Positions 37,711 to 46,811 of a DNA stretch of 64,000 bases are shown piece after piece. Each line of letters begins with the position of its first letter. Within the stretch, counting starts at the first letter, position 1. The stretch spans positions 96,001-160,000 of the forward strand of contig OY760907.1 of the NCBI GenBank assembly GCA_963664195.1. Reading direction: 5' to 3'. Both the position numbers and the translations under genes were made by a program. The stretch is from an uncultured candidate division Zixibacteria bacterium (lineage in GTDB: Bacteria > Zixibacteria > MSB-5A5 > GN15 > FEB-12). The notes under the pieces were generated by a model. It was not told the DNA's origin. It searched no databases and saw only the letters and a program-made list of their open reading frames with translations.

Positions 37711-39879
37711 TCACGGCGCGACTGGAGCACATAGCAACTTCGCTCCTTTCGACGGGTCGGTCACGTATTCAACAAGCATTACAATATCTGCGATGTTCAC
37801 ACAACCGTCGCCGTTGATGTCGCCGTTGGCCGTATTCGGCAGCAGAACGATTGATCCGGTCGGATCGTAGAAATAGTAGTCGATCAGAATGCTGACATCC
37901 ACAATGTCGACAATACCATCGTCGTTAACATCCCCGCAAGGGAGTTCCTCGATAATTATCCGGTAGTCCTCTACTTCCCCGTTACTGATGATGCCGCAGG
38001 GGCCGGCCGGGTAACCTTCGGTAAGGCGGATGCGCAGAGTTGTAGCACCGAGAACCGCAGTCGTCGGACAGGAGATCGTGGACGTAAACGGGCCCGCAGC
38101 ACTCGGGTTACCGTCGATGGCGAGCCACTCGTCCGGATGCTCGAAAACGAGGTCCCCATCCCAATCAATGAATGCCGTAACGTTATCCGACGGTGTGCCG
38201 TTTGTGCTCTCAACCGTCAATTCGTAGTTGTTCCCTCCCCGATACACTACGGTCGAATGAGTTCCGCAATAGTCTGTGTAGTCGTCGCCTGACGAACTGT
38301 TGTCGATCGAGCCCATCTGGACACGCGAGATGTATTCGTTGGAGCTGTTGGAGACAGCCTCGCAGTACGGGCGACAAATCTCACCGCTGACGTTGATTGT
38401 ATAGGGACCGTTAGCCTGGAAATAGTCGAAATACACCGGGTAGTAGTATGTACCGGCCGGTACTTCACCGAAAGTGATAGTGGCATTGTAGTCATCGCAA
38501 GTGGTCCAGTCCAGTGACTCGGACCGGACAAGAGTAGATTGATCGGTGTTGCAGGGACACTCGGATTCCATCACCATGGACATCTGGCTAAAAACCGGAC
38601 TGGTGCCGCAGTAATCCAATACAAGACTCATACATGTGTCAATAGTGAACGCCTCCCACACGCACGTATCGAGCATGGCCGCACAGTCGCTGTCCAGGGC
38701 GCCGATGGTAGTACCGGTGAAGGTCAGCGGAGAATCTGCAGTCAAGGTGGGAATTGAACCGCCGTAGTAGGACTCGAGGTCGGCACAGTTATCGTTTCCC
38801 GGTGGATCGGGACATGTCGAGCAATCAACGATGATCGAGAACTGACCCTGAATGCCGTACTGTCCACCGACACGCACTATGAACTCGCTACCAACAGAGA
38901 TTCCGCCGACCGTTGCGCCCTGTCCACCGTGGGGATAGACCGCATCGTCGGCAAGCGCGAGCAAGCTCATTGTGGAACAGTCAAATCCCGGCGCAAGATA
39001 GACGGCCATCTCGGTCTCCAGCCCGCTTTCACTGAGATCGAACGTCAAGCAGCCGTCGCCGCTCGCATCGCATGTAGCGGTGTATTTGAACCATACATCG
39101 CACCTAATGGAGTCATTCTCCTGAGTGGCCCCTTCGTTGGTAAATATGCCGTTATAGCCATCGTAAATCTCGATAGCGTCAACACACCTGTCGTTCAGAG
39201 GAGTCTCTGTGCAGACAACCTCCGTGATCGTCAAGTCAAACTCCGGGACACATTCGGGCGGTGCCCACGTATCGATCATGAGATAATACGTGCCAGCCTC
39301 CAGACTCACACTACTGATCATGAAGGGGAAACCCTCGTAATGGTACCACCCGTCAATCAAACTACCGACAACATCCGGACAGTCGGAGAAGATGCCACAG
39401 CCGGTATATGCCGTTCCGAGCGGGTCCACCGTGATGTCAATGCACATAGCGATCGGGATGATCAATTCGTAGATGATATCCTCGCCCTCGTCAAGATTTC
39501 CCATATCGGTATCTGAATAGTTGTCTTCGAAATAGCAAGTGGTCTGCCCGAAATCTTCGTAGTATCCGGTGAAATTGACTATGATAGGAAAGTCACAGTC
39601 GGTCCCGTCCTGAGGCGGCGGAGTTGCCCCGACAGGATCGCTAGACTCACGCCCGTCAAGAACTGGTGAAGCCTGCTGCAACTGCTGTCTTCTCTTGGCC
39701 ACAATCATCTGTTGATCTACTGCAAACGGATTGCCTGCGATCTGCGCAACAGGCGGTCTTTCGGCTGACGTCTGATTCGGGCGCCTGGCGATTAGTTCGT
39801 TGTCTGCGCCTTGCGTGAGAGATGCCAGAAACAGCACAGCCGCAGCAAGGACTCCAAAACGTACGATAATAGTTTTCAT
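37711..39879 (-). CDS. Secreted multi-domain protein (PPC/jelly-roll-like repeats, GEVED domain, dockerin-like C-terminus)
   Basis: Signal peptide; PLNDRC/PGNDNC units; EYISRV..AFIDWDGD..TTLRIR..GEVEDY; CGDVNDDGIVDIVD. Start 39879 or 39888. Confidence 0.78.
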   Translation of the reverse strand: MKTIIVRFGVLAAAVLFLASLTQGADNELIARRPNQTSAERPPVAQIAGNPFAVDQQMIVAKRRQQLQQASPVLDGRESSDPVGATPPPQDGTDCDFPIIVNFTGYYEDFGQTTCYFEDNYSDTDMGNLDEGEDIIYELIIPIAMCIDITVDPLGTAYTGCGIFSDCPDVVGSLIDGWYHYEGFPFMISSVSLEAGTYYLMIDTWAPPECVPEFDLTITEVVCTETPLNDRCVDAIEIYDGYNGIFTNEGATQENDSIRCDVWFKYTATCDASGDGCLTFDLSESGLETEMAVYLAPGFDCSTMSLLALADDAVYPHGGQGATVGGISVGSEFIVRVGGQYGIQGQFSIIVDCSTCPDPPGNDNCADLESYYGGSIPTLTADSPLTFTGTTIGALDSDCAAMLDTCVWEAFTIDTCMSLVLDYCGTSPVFSQMSMVMESECPCNTDQSTLVRSESLDWTTCDDYNATITFGEVPAGTYYYPVYFDYFQANGPYTINVSGEICRPYCEAVSNSSNEYISRVQMGSIDNSSSGDDYTDYCGTHSTVVYRGGNNYELTVESTNGTPSDNVTAFIDWDGDLVFEHPDEWLAIDGNPSAAGPFTSTISCPTTAVLGATTLRIRLTEGYPAGPCGIISNGEVEDYRIIIEELPCGDVNDDGIVDIVDVSILIDYYFYDPTGSIVLLPNTANGDINGDGCVNIADIVMLVEYVTDPSKGAKLLCAPVAP

Positions 39880-40004
39880 CGAGTGCATTCCCTCCAAGAC
39901 ATGTGTATTTACGACAACAGACTCAGATGTAATCCGCGACTGCCCGATTAGTGCAACCGCGCTCTCCCCGGCTCTACTCGGGGACACAACGATGCGCTAA
40001 TTTC

Positions 40005-40033
40005 ATGATACAATCACACGCGGATATTGTCAA
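40005..40033 (-). promoter_or_regulatory. sigma70-type promoter
   Basis: Minus strand TTGACA-N17-TATCAT. Confidence 0.65.
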
Positions 40034-40107
40034 TGATAATCCATGTTTGGGGGCTTGGTGGAGAGCGGGCGTCAGACGGTCATAGCAAGTAGAACCGATA
40101 TCGGGTG

Positions 40108-40170
40108 GCCCCTTCAAACTTGTTTGGAGGGGGCTTGAATCCGGGCCAATCAAGTTTGGCCCGGACTCAA
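40108..40170. repeat. Two adjacent GC-rich hairpins (terminator or REP-like)
   Basis: gccccttcaaac-tt-gtttggagggggc and ttgaatccgggccaa-tcaagt-ttggcccggactcaa. Confidence 0.5.
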
Positions 40171-40197
40171 GGCGGCATTCTTTCGTTCAATCTGCCT

Positions 40198-41821
40198 CTA
40201 CGGGCACGGCGGAAGCGGATCAAGAGTGATGAAGAGGTGGTCGATCATCGCATTCATATCGCCCATTGAGACAATACCGTCACTGTCAATATCACCCGCC
40301 TCCGGACAACTCAACGGCATCAGAGAAATGAACAGATGGTCGATCAGAACCGTCATGTCGCTCTGCGTCACAAGGCCGTCGGGGCTCTCATCCACATTGC
40401 CCAGCACGCCATTACAGCAGCGTTCCGCGTGATAGAACGAACCCGTTCGCGTCACCACATTGATCGGCTCCGAGTCTTTGCCGAGAATCTGCATAAGGTA
40501 AAGACTGGTCGCTGTAACCTCGTAACTATAGTCGCCAGCCGGGGTCTGCTGACCGGATTCATCGGTGCCGTCCCAGATCATCGACGTATACCCCGCCGTG
40601 ACCACGCACGCGTCAGGTCCCAAGAGATTCTTCACGAGCACGTCGTTGTCGTCGTAGACAGCCACAGTCACATCCGACGGGTCCACAAGCATGAAACCAA
40701 GTTCGTGGATTGTGTTCTGCGCGTTGGCATCCACGTTGACGTCGATTACGTCAGTGCCGACACCGTAAGTGCAGGAGGCCGGTTGAGTCGCTCCAGTCCT
40801 CGGTGATGAAGACCGACCCGCACAAGTACGGCCCGGCGGTGATAGTGAACGCACAGGGCATCGCAAACTGATTGGTACCTGTGCCTGGGCTACCAAACGT
40901 GCAGAGAGGATCAGGGTCGAACTCATGGTATTTCGTGAATACGGCGTTTGAATCATTCAAGGCCCACAGATGATCGTAGGCGTCGAAGTGCAAGTCGACA
41001 ATCGGGTACGCGCAGGTTTTTGTCGCAGCCGGGACCCATACTCCGCCTAGCGTATAGCGCCGAATCTCACTTACTTCCGTGTTAGACATAGCTACCCACA
41101 CGCCCTCAGATGCCAATTCGTCAATGTCTGTGGCTATTGCGGTTGCTTTCATATTTGCGGGAAGTACAATAGTACACTCTAGCGGCCCGAGGACGGAGAA
41201 CCTCATCAGCTTATTATTATCACTCAGCACCCATATCTTGTCATCCTCAATATCGTAGTAAGTCCCTCCGTTGTAGAGCGCCACATCAATCGGCCTATAC
41301 ATTCCGTCGCAGGTTATGTTCGGCACAACGGTACGACAGAACACACCATCATACTGTTGGACGAAACCTGCGCAGACAACCCTGTTATTGTATGTATCTG
41401 CAATGTAAATGTCGTAGATATCAGGAGATACAACATGGGCCGCCATGCTCCTCGGCCAGAGAAACTGACAATCGCCGCTACCAGCAGATCCGAAAGATTT
41501 AATGTAGCCTTCCGGCACACTGTAATAGACCATTCTATTCCAAGTATTATCGAGAGTAGCGATAATCGAAGATCGCAGGCTACCGTCTGTATTCTTGTTG
41601 TAGAGATATACTCCCGTCCTGGGATGATTGAAGAGATCTCTATTCAGATCTGTATTGGCCCAGGACTCGTTTATTTCCCAAAGATCGGAACTGCCATTCG
41701 CGCCTATTCTGATCCGCAGTTGCTTCAGTGCATTGTCGCTCTGAGTTTGAGTGAAACCTATCTCGGCTATACCGGCAAAGAGAAACAACCCCACTATCAT
41801 GAGTAGAATACTTCGCATCAC
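40198..41821 (-). pseudogene. Frameshifted secreted NHL/beta-propeller + FlgD-Ig + dockerin-like protein
   Basis: Split into ORFs 40751-41821 and 40198-40956; deleting one A at 40767-40768 gives ...EDWSDSTGLLHYGVGTDVID...; FGSAGSGDCQFLWP, IYIADTYNNRV, IWDGTDESGQ..PAGDY. Confidence 0.78.
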
Positions 41822-42735
41822 TGTTCCCCCTTCTCGAGTTTTTGCCTTAGCAGTAGCTTGTTGCGCATTTGCGTGGCAAACTTGGAGGCCCTTGTATCTC
41901 GCTTGTCCTGTATCAGGCTGTTGAGGAAGTCCATCTTATCCTCTTCCTCCAAGTGATCGGTGACCAACACTAACCAGCCTCTCGAGTCACTCGAATTGGG
42001 ATACTTCAGCAACATATCGGTTGTGAAGGAAATCTCGTCGTACGTGCCATGTTTCTTCTGATCACTTGCTTCTTGCGAATAAGCTTTCGAGAAGTAGTAG
42101 CATCGTTCAGCAAAGACGCTTTTCGGATGTCTGTCGACGATCTCCTCATACCGCTGTATGGCAGGGAACCTGTTTTCACGATCCCAGGCCTTACAGGCCT
42201 CTTCAATCAGACCCAGAATCATTCCTTCGTCGCCTGAGGGTTCGACAATCTCGAAAGACAGTTCCTCGGAGACAGCTTCTTCGAAGTAAGCCCGTACAGT
42301 GTATGAGCCCGTGGGGATATAAGGGAAGACCAGGTTGCTCACTGAATGGCCAGACCTGTTGTCGTAGGGACTAAACAGTTCTGCCAAGTCAAAGCTTCCG
42401 AATTCCTGTCCTCCGGCTTCTAACAGTAGTCGACCCGGGCCACCTACGAAGTCGAATCTCATACCGGTATACTCAAGCAAGTCCCCCTTGCCGTTTCTCA
42501 AATCGATTCTGAATTGACGATGATTGGGAGATGTAAGGAGCTGAGTTCTCGCGGTGTCCGAGCATGTGTTCGTAATAGTAGCATCAAGCACGATTCTCTC
42601 ATGTAAGACATAGACATGCTTAGACAGGCTTATCTCGATATCCAAGTCAGTCCCTCCTGCATGGAGGCTGAAGGGTGACACGGTCACATTTGAGAGGAGA
42701 AGCACTGCAATGAAGTGATATGCATATCGCATCAC
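41818..42735 (-). CDS. Hypothetical exported protein (Ig-like N-half, TPR-like C-half), paralog of 42732-43643
   Basis: Signal peptide; shares IxLSKxxYxLHExIxLDxTxTN, GRLLLEAG and FPYIPxGxYTV with its neighbour; coupled overlaps. Confidence 0.72.
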   Translation of the reverse strand: MMRYAYHFIAVLLLSNVTVSPFSLHAGGTDLDIEISLSKHVYVLHERIVLDATITNTCSDTARTQLLTSPNHRQFRIDLRNGKGDLLEYTGMRFDFVGGPGRLLLEAGGQEFGSFDLAELFSPYDNRSGHSVSNLVFPYIPTGSYTVRAYFEEAVSEELSFEIVEPSGDEGMILGLIEEACKAWDRENRFPAIQRYEEIVDRHPKSVFAERCYYFSKAYSQEASDQKKHGTYDEISFTTDMLLKYPNSSDSRGWLVLVTDHLEEEDKMDFLNSLIQDKRDTRASKFATQMRNKLLLRQKLEKGEQ

Positions 42736-43643
42736 TGCCCTCCTTCCTGCTTCATCTTCTCAAGCTGCCGGAGTATCTGCCTGGCGAACTTGGCGCTCCG
42801 TGTATCCGAGGTGTCCGAGGCACACCGATTGATTATGTTCATCGCTTTGCCTTTGTCATCCATCCTGTGATAGATGGAAACGAGCCAACTCCGCGACTGA
42901 TCCGAATCGGGGTACTCCACCAGCATCACTTTGTATAGATCGTTGTAACGAAATGTCCCGTCTGCCCGTGCGTCCTTCACGGCCTGTGAATATATGTACG
43001 AGAGGTAATAACATTGCTCTGCATAGACACTATTCGGGTATGAGTTGATGACTTCACGAAATGCCTGCGAAGAAGGCTCCGGATTAGCTTGAGTCCAGAG
43101 GCTGCACGCTCTCACTATCATTTCGAGAGCCATCTTCTCATCGCCGAAAGGTTCGATCACCTCAAAAGTCAATACATTGGAAACGGACTCTTCAAAACGA
43201 ACCTGCACCGTATACGTTCCCTTCGGTATGTAGGGAAATCTCGTACGCGGAAGGCGGTAACCTGATCTGCTCTCGCGTAAGCCGAACAGATCAAGCACGT
43301 TCGCACATCCATAGTATTGCTCGCCGGCCTCAAGCAGCAAACGCCCCGAATAATCTGCTATCTCAAAATCGACACCTGTATGCTCAATCAGTGCACCTGT
43401 TCCGTCTCTCAGTTCTATCCAATAGTCAAGATGGTTGGGTGTATCCAAACCATACGTCCTGAGAGTGTCGGAGGTTAGATTCGTGAGCGTCACGTCCAGC
43501 AGGATCGGTTCATGCAAGATGTACGTTTGCTTCGACAATTCGATTTCAATCCCCCAATCATTCTCACTCGCATGAAGACTGGAGGACTGTATCAATGCAG
43601 ACGAGAGCAACAGGGCACAGATATATGTCAATACGATTTTCAT
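42732..43643 (-). CDS. Hypothetical exported protein, paralog of 41818-42735
   Basis: GGAGAGG RBS; signal peptide; YPNSVYAEQCYY and YPDS repeats. Confidence 0.72.
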   Translation of the reverse strand: MKIVLTYICALLLSSALIQSSSLHASENDWGIEIELSKQTYILHEPILLDVTLTNLTSDTLRTYGLDTPNHLDYWIELRDGTGALIEHTGVDFEIADYSGRLLLEAGEQYYGCANVLDLFGLRESRSGYRLPRTRFPYIPKGTYTVQVRFEESVSNVLTFEVIEPFGDEKMALEMIVRACSLWTQANPEPSSQAFREVINSYPNSVYAEQCYYLSYIYSQAVKDARADGTFRYNDLYKVMLVEYPDSDQSRSWLVSIYHRMDDKGKAMNIINRCASDTSDTRSAKFARQILRQLEKMKQEGGQ

Positions 43644-43867
43644 GGTTTCCTCTCCGATACTCTACCACGAGACTCTTTTCAAGTTTGTTTTGCACTTCTC
43701 ACAGAAAGTCTTGAACCTCAGTGGATCGGCGTTCTCACCTAAGTCCTTCAGACAGTTGTTTTTCGACCATTTCTGTGGATGGTTGGCCATTATGCACACG
43801 TGCGACTCTGATGGACTGTTGTGATGATTGTGATCGTAGTTATCGCTGTTGCTGGTGTAGCATAGAT

Positions 43868-45059
43868 TGTATGAGGACGGACTTGAGTTGACACTTGCAT
43901 AAAAGGCGAGTGGTCATTTACCTCTGAGATAACAACAAAACAGGAGGTTATAATGACCACTCAACAGAAGCTCGTCCAGAAGAAACTCAGTCTTCTGGAA
44001 CTGGGGGAATATCTTCAGAACGTATCCGAAGCCTGCCGCATTCACGGCTGCTCCCGCCAGCATTTCTACGATATCAAGACAGCTTACGAGAGTCAAGGAT
44101 TGGATGGTTTGAAGGAGAAGACCCGTCGGAAGCCTTGTCTGAAGAACCGGGTGGCTCCGGAGATTGAAGAAGCAGTGTTGCAGATGGCTTTGGAGCAGCC
44201 GGCCGCCGGGCAGATGCGGGCGTCCAATGAGTTGCGGAAACAGGGTGTTTTGATCTCGTCGGGTGGGATTCGCTCGATCTGGCTTCGTCACGGTCTGGAG
44301 ACATTCAAGAAGCGTCTGAAGGCTTTGGAGGAGAAAGCGGCGAAGGAAGGAATGGTCTACACCGAGGAGCAACTCAGGGTGTTGGAATCGGCTCGTCGGG
44401 AACGGGAGACGGTTCCTGATGAGATCGAGACGCATCATCCGGGCTATCTGGTGGCCCAGGACACGTTCTATGTGGGGTATCTCAAAGGGGTTGGCCGCAT
44501 CTACCAGCAGACGGTGATTGACACGTATTCGGCTGTTGCTTTCGCCAAGCTGTACACGGCCAAGGTCCCGCTGACGGCCGCTGATACGCTCAATGATCGC
44601 GTGGTGCCGTTCTTCGAAGAGCAGGGCGTGGATATCCTGCGCATCCTGACAGATCGCGGCACCGAGTACTGCGGCCGTCTTGACAAACATCCTTATCAAC
44701 TCTATCTTCAGCTTCACGAGATCGAGCACACTCGGACGAAGGCGCGACATCCACAGACCAACGGCATCTGCGAGCGGTTCCACAAGACGGTTCTTAATGA
44801 GTTTTACAAGACGATCTTTCGCAAACGGATATTCACTGCTGTGGCGGAATTGCAGGTTGAGTTGGATGACTGGATGGATCGATACAACCGGGATCGCACG
44901 CACCAGGGGAAACGGTGTCAAGGTCGCACGCCGATGGCGACCTTCGTTGACGGTCTGGAGTTGGCCAGAAAGGCAAATCTGACGGTAGAAGAAAAACCGG
45001 CAGCTTAACAGAAACCTCTCAGAGGTGGATGACTGTCAAATCAAGTATCGTTCAGTACA
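43868..45059 (+). mobile_element. IS481-family insertion sequence (1192 bp)
   Basis: TGT...ACA ends; imperfect 26-bp IRs TGTATGAGGACGGACTTGAGTTGACA / TGTACTGAACGATACTTGATTTGACA; direct repeat CATAGAT at 43861-43867 and 45060-45066. Confidence 0.93.
43953..45008 (+). CDS. IS481-family DDE transposase
   Basis: N-terminal HTH (NVSEACRIHGCSRQHFY), PGYLVAQDTFYVG, ILTDRGTEYCG, PQTNGICERFHKT, YNRDRTHQG; AGGAGG RBS. Confidence 0.95.
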   Translation: MTTQQKLVQKKLSLLELGEYLQNVSEACRIHGCSRQHFYDIKTAYESQGLDGLKEKTRRKPCLKNRVAPEIEEAVLQMALEQPAAGQMRASNELRKQGVLISSGGIRSIWLRHGLETFKKRLKALEEKAAKEGMVYTEEQLRVLESARRERETVPDEIETHHPGYLVAQDTFYVGYLKGVGRIYQQTVIDTYSAVAFAKLYTAKVPLTAADTLNDRVVPFFEEQGVDILRILTDRGTEYCGRLDKHPYQLYLQLHEIEHTRTKARHPQTNGICERFHKTVLNEFYKTIFRKRIFTAVAELQVELDDWMDRYNRDRTHQGKRCQGRTPMATFVDGLELARKANLTVEEKPAA

Positions 45060-45663
45060 CATAGATGTTCCAGCCCGGCTCGTACGTGCCCCAGCTCATG
45101 AATGACCACCCCCTGCATGATGTCTTCAGCGGACCAGGTAGACCCCGTATGGGTCTGAATGTTGAACATGAACACCATGCCAAAGGCTGTGTAGCAATCC
45201 CCCCCGTTGAGACTAATCCCCAGAAATCCTTGGGTTTCGTTCTCGGACAGTATATACGTATGGGCGCCGAGGAAATACGACTTGTAAGCAAGCAGATTCA
45301 TTACATCGTTTGTATCTCTCACGCAATCGCCATTGGCATCTTGCCAACAATTCGCGTGAGCGTCGACAAAAGTGACCATCTGCTCTTCATAAGAGAAACT
45401 GGCGGAGGTTTGCGGAATATTGTTCTGATCGAAGATCGGCACGAAATCAGTGTTTGCCTGTGCGAATGCATGTCGGGCGTATTCGTAACCGTTCTGAAAG
45501 ACATCGCACCCCACAGCGCAGTCATACTCCGGGAGAAATTTGAGGAGCACATCACTCGGTGGTGCGCCGCCAGTATCCCCGGTGCTCTCTCCACAACCAC
45601 TAATCAAGGCTGCTATCAGACACAATAGCACAATTGGCATCAATAGTATATGCTTAAGAAACA

Positions 45664-46278
45664 TCATTTCGTCTCCCCCTTCCCGCCCGCGGTCGCTTTG
45701 CCCGAAACACCGTAATCGGCCAGGAAGTCAAACAGGTGATCGCACGCGATCAACTGCCACCGGAACGGATCGTGGGAGGCGGTCATTTTCGGTCGATCCT
45801 CATAAGGTGACCAGAAGACCAGTCGTTCCGCGATCCGGCTCCCTGTTTTCCTTGGATCACCCGTATCCGCTTCCCACAGGATCAACTCGCACTCAACGAC
45901 AGCGGAGTCGTTCCCTATCATCGTGATCTTCGGCGACAGGATATCGAAATCCCACAGGTTCGAGTCCCCTTGCTTTGAGCTGGTCCTTGTGATGGCTCTA
46001 CTCCCTTGTACTCTAGCTCTCTGCGACGAGTTGTTGAATATCTTGTTGAGGTTCTGAGCAACTCCATCACTCTTCGTTTCAACTCCTTTGACCGAGACGG
46101 CATCCCCTACTACTTTCAAGACTCTGGCCGCCTGTTCTTGTTGAATGCCTTTTCTGATCATATCCAGAGAAAGCCCCACACAATCTTCGTCTGACAACGT
46201 GAGAAAAGTCTGCGCCAGCGTCGCCTGTCCCAGGACAAACAGTATCCCCGACCAGAATAACAGTATCAGAATGCGCAT
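45664..46278 (-). CDS. Hypothetical exported protein, first gene of the operon
   Basis: GGGAGGAG RBS; signal peptide; overlaps the next start codon. Confidence 0.65.
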   Translation of the reverse strand: MRILILLFWSGILFVLGQATLAQTFLTLSDEDCVGLSLDMIRKGIQQEQAARVLKVVGDAVSVKGVETKSDGVAQNLNKIFNNSSQRARVQGSRAITRTSSKQGDSNLWDFDILSPKITMIGNDSAVVECELILWEADTGDPRKTGSRIAERLVFWSPYEDRPKMTASHDPFRWQLIACDHLFDFLADYGVSGKATAGGKGETK

Positions 46279-46752
46279 AAGCGTACTCCTCCCTTGCGGT
46301 TATCCCCAAGGCACACGCTTGGAAGACAACGTGTTGTTTCATTCTGATCTTCCCGAACAGAGTTATACCTGTCCGATGATCACAGAACGTTCGATTGAGT
46401 AGTGCCTGCTCTCCCCCCCCGCAGGGGATGAGCCTCATTGATTTGTTGTGTCAACGCGCCAATGGCGTTGAATGAATCACTCCATAATGCGAACCGGAGA
46501 GTATTGTGTCAATACTGTTCAGAGATAAGACGAATAGTTGAGTTGGATTGTTCAATCTTCGGTGCCCCGCCAAGAGCGGAGCCATTCATGGCGCGACGTC
46601 GGATGGGCTGCCGAAGATGCCCTTACAACGTAGGACGTGGTTCCGAGCAAGCCGCAGGCGAGCGAGAAACCCGACAATCTGCGCTGATCGAAGCTCGGAG
46701 GCCGTATCAGGGGCCGTCAGACGAGGACGTCTTACGGCACATACGCAAACAA

Positions 46753-46783
46753 AAGCCGCGGCCCTATCATGGAGCCGCGGCTT
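46753..46783 (-). terminator. Terminator of the hdrCB-flavoprotein operon
   Basis: AAGCCGCGGC...GCCGCGGCTT followed by a T-rich run on the minus strand. Confidence 0.7.
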
Positions 46784-46811
46784 GTCATTATCAGAATGTC
46801 GTCGAAAAAGA

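Larger units (their letters stand above)
43662..45667 (-). pseudogene. Archaemetzincin-like zinc metalloprotease lipoprotein interrupted by IS481
   Basis: 5' part has lipobox LISGC and HELGHVRAGLEHL; removing the IS plus one target-site copy continues in frame to CYTS...CIMA...FCEKC...VSW-stop at 43662. Confidence 0.82.

Noticed and set aside
43914..44921. 335-aa minus-strand ORF inside the IS
   Set aside because: Antisense shadow of the transposase with no recognisable motif.
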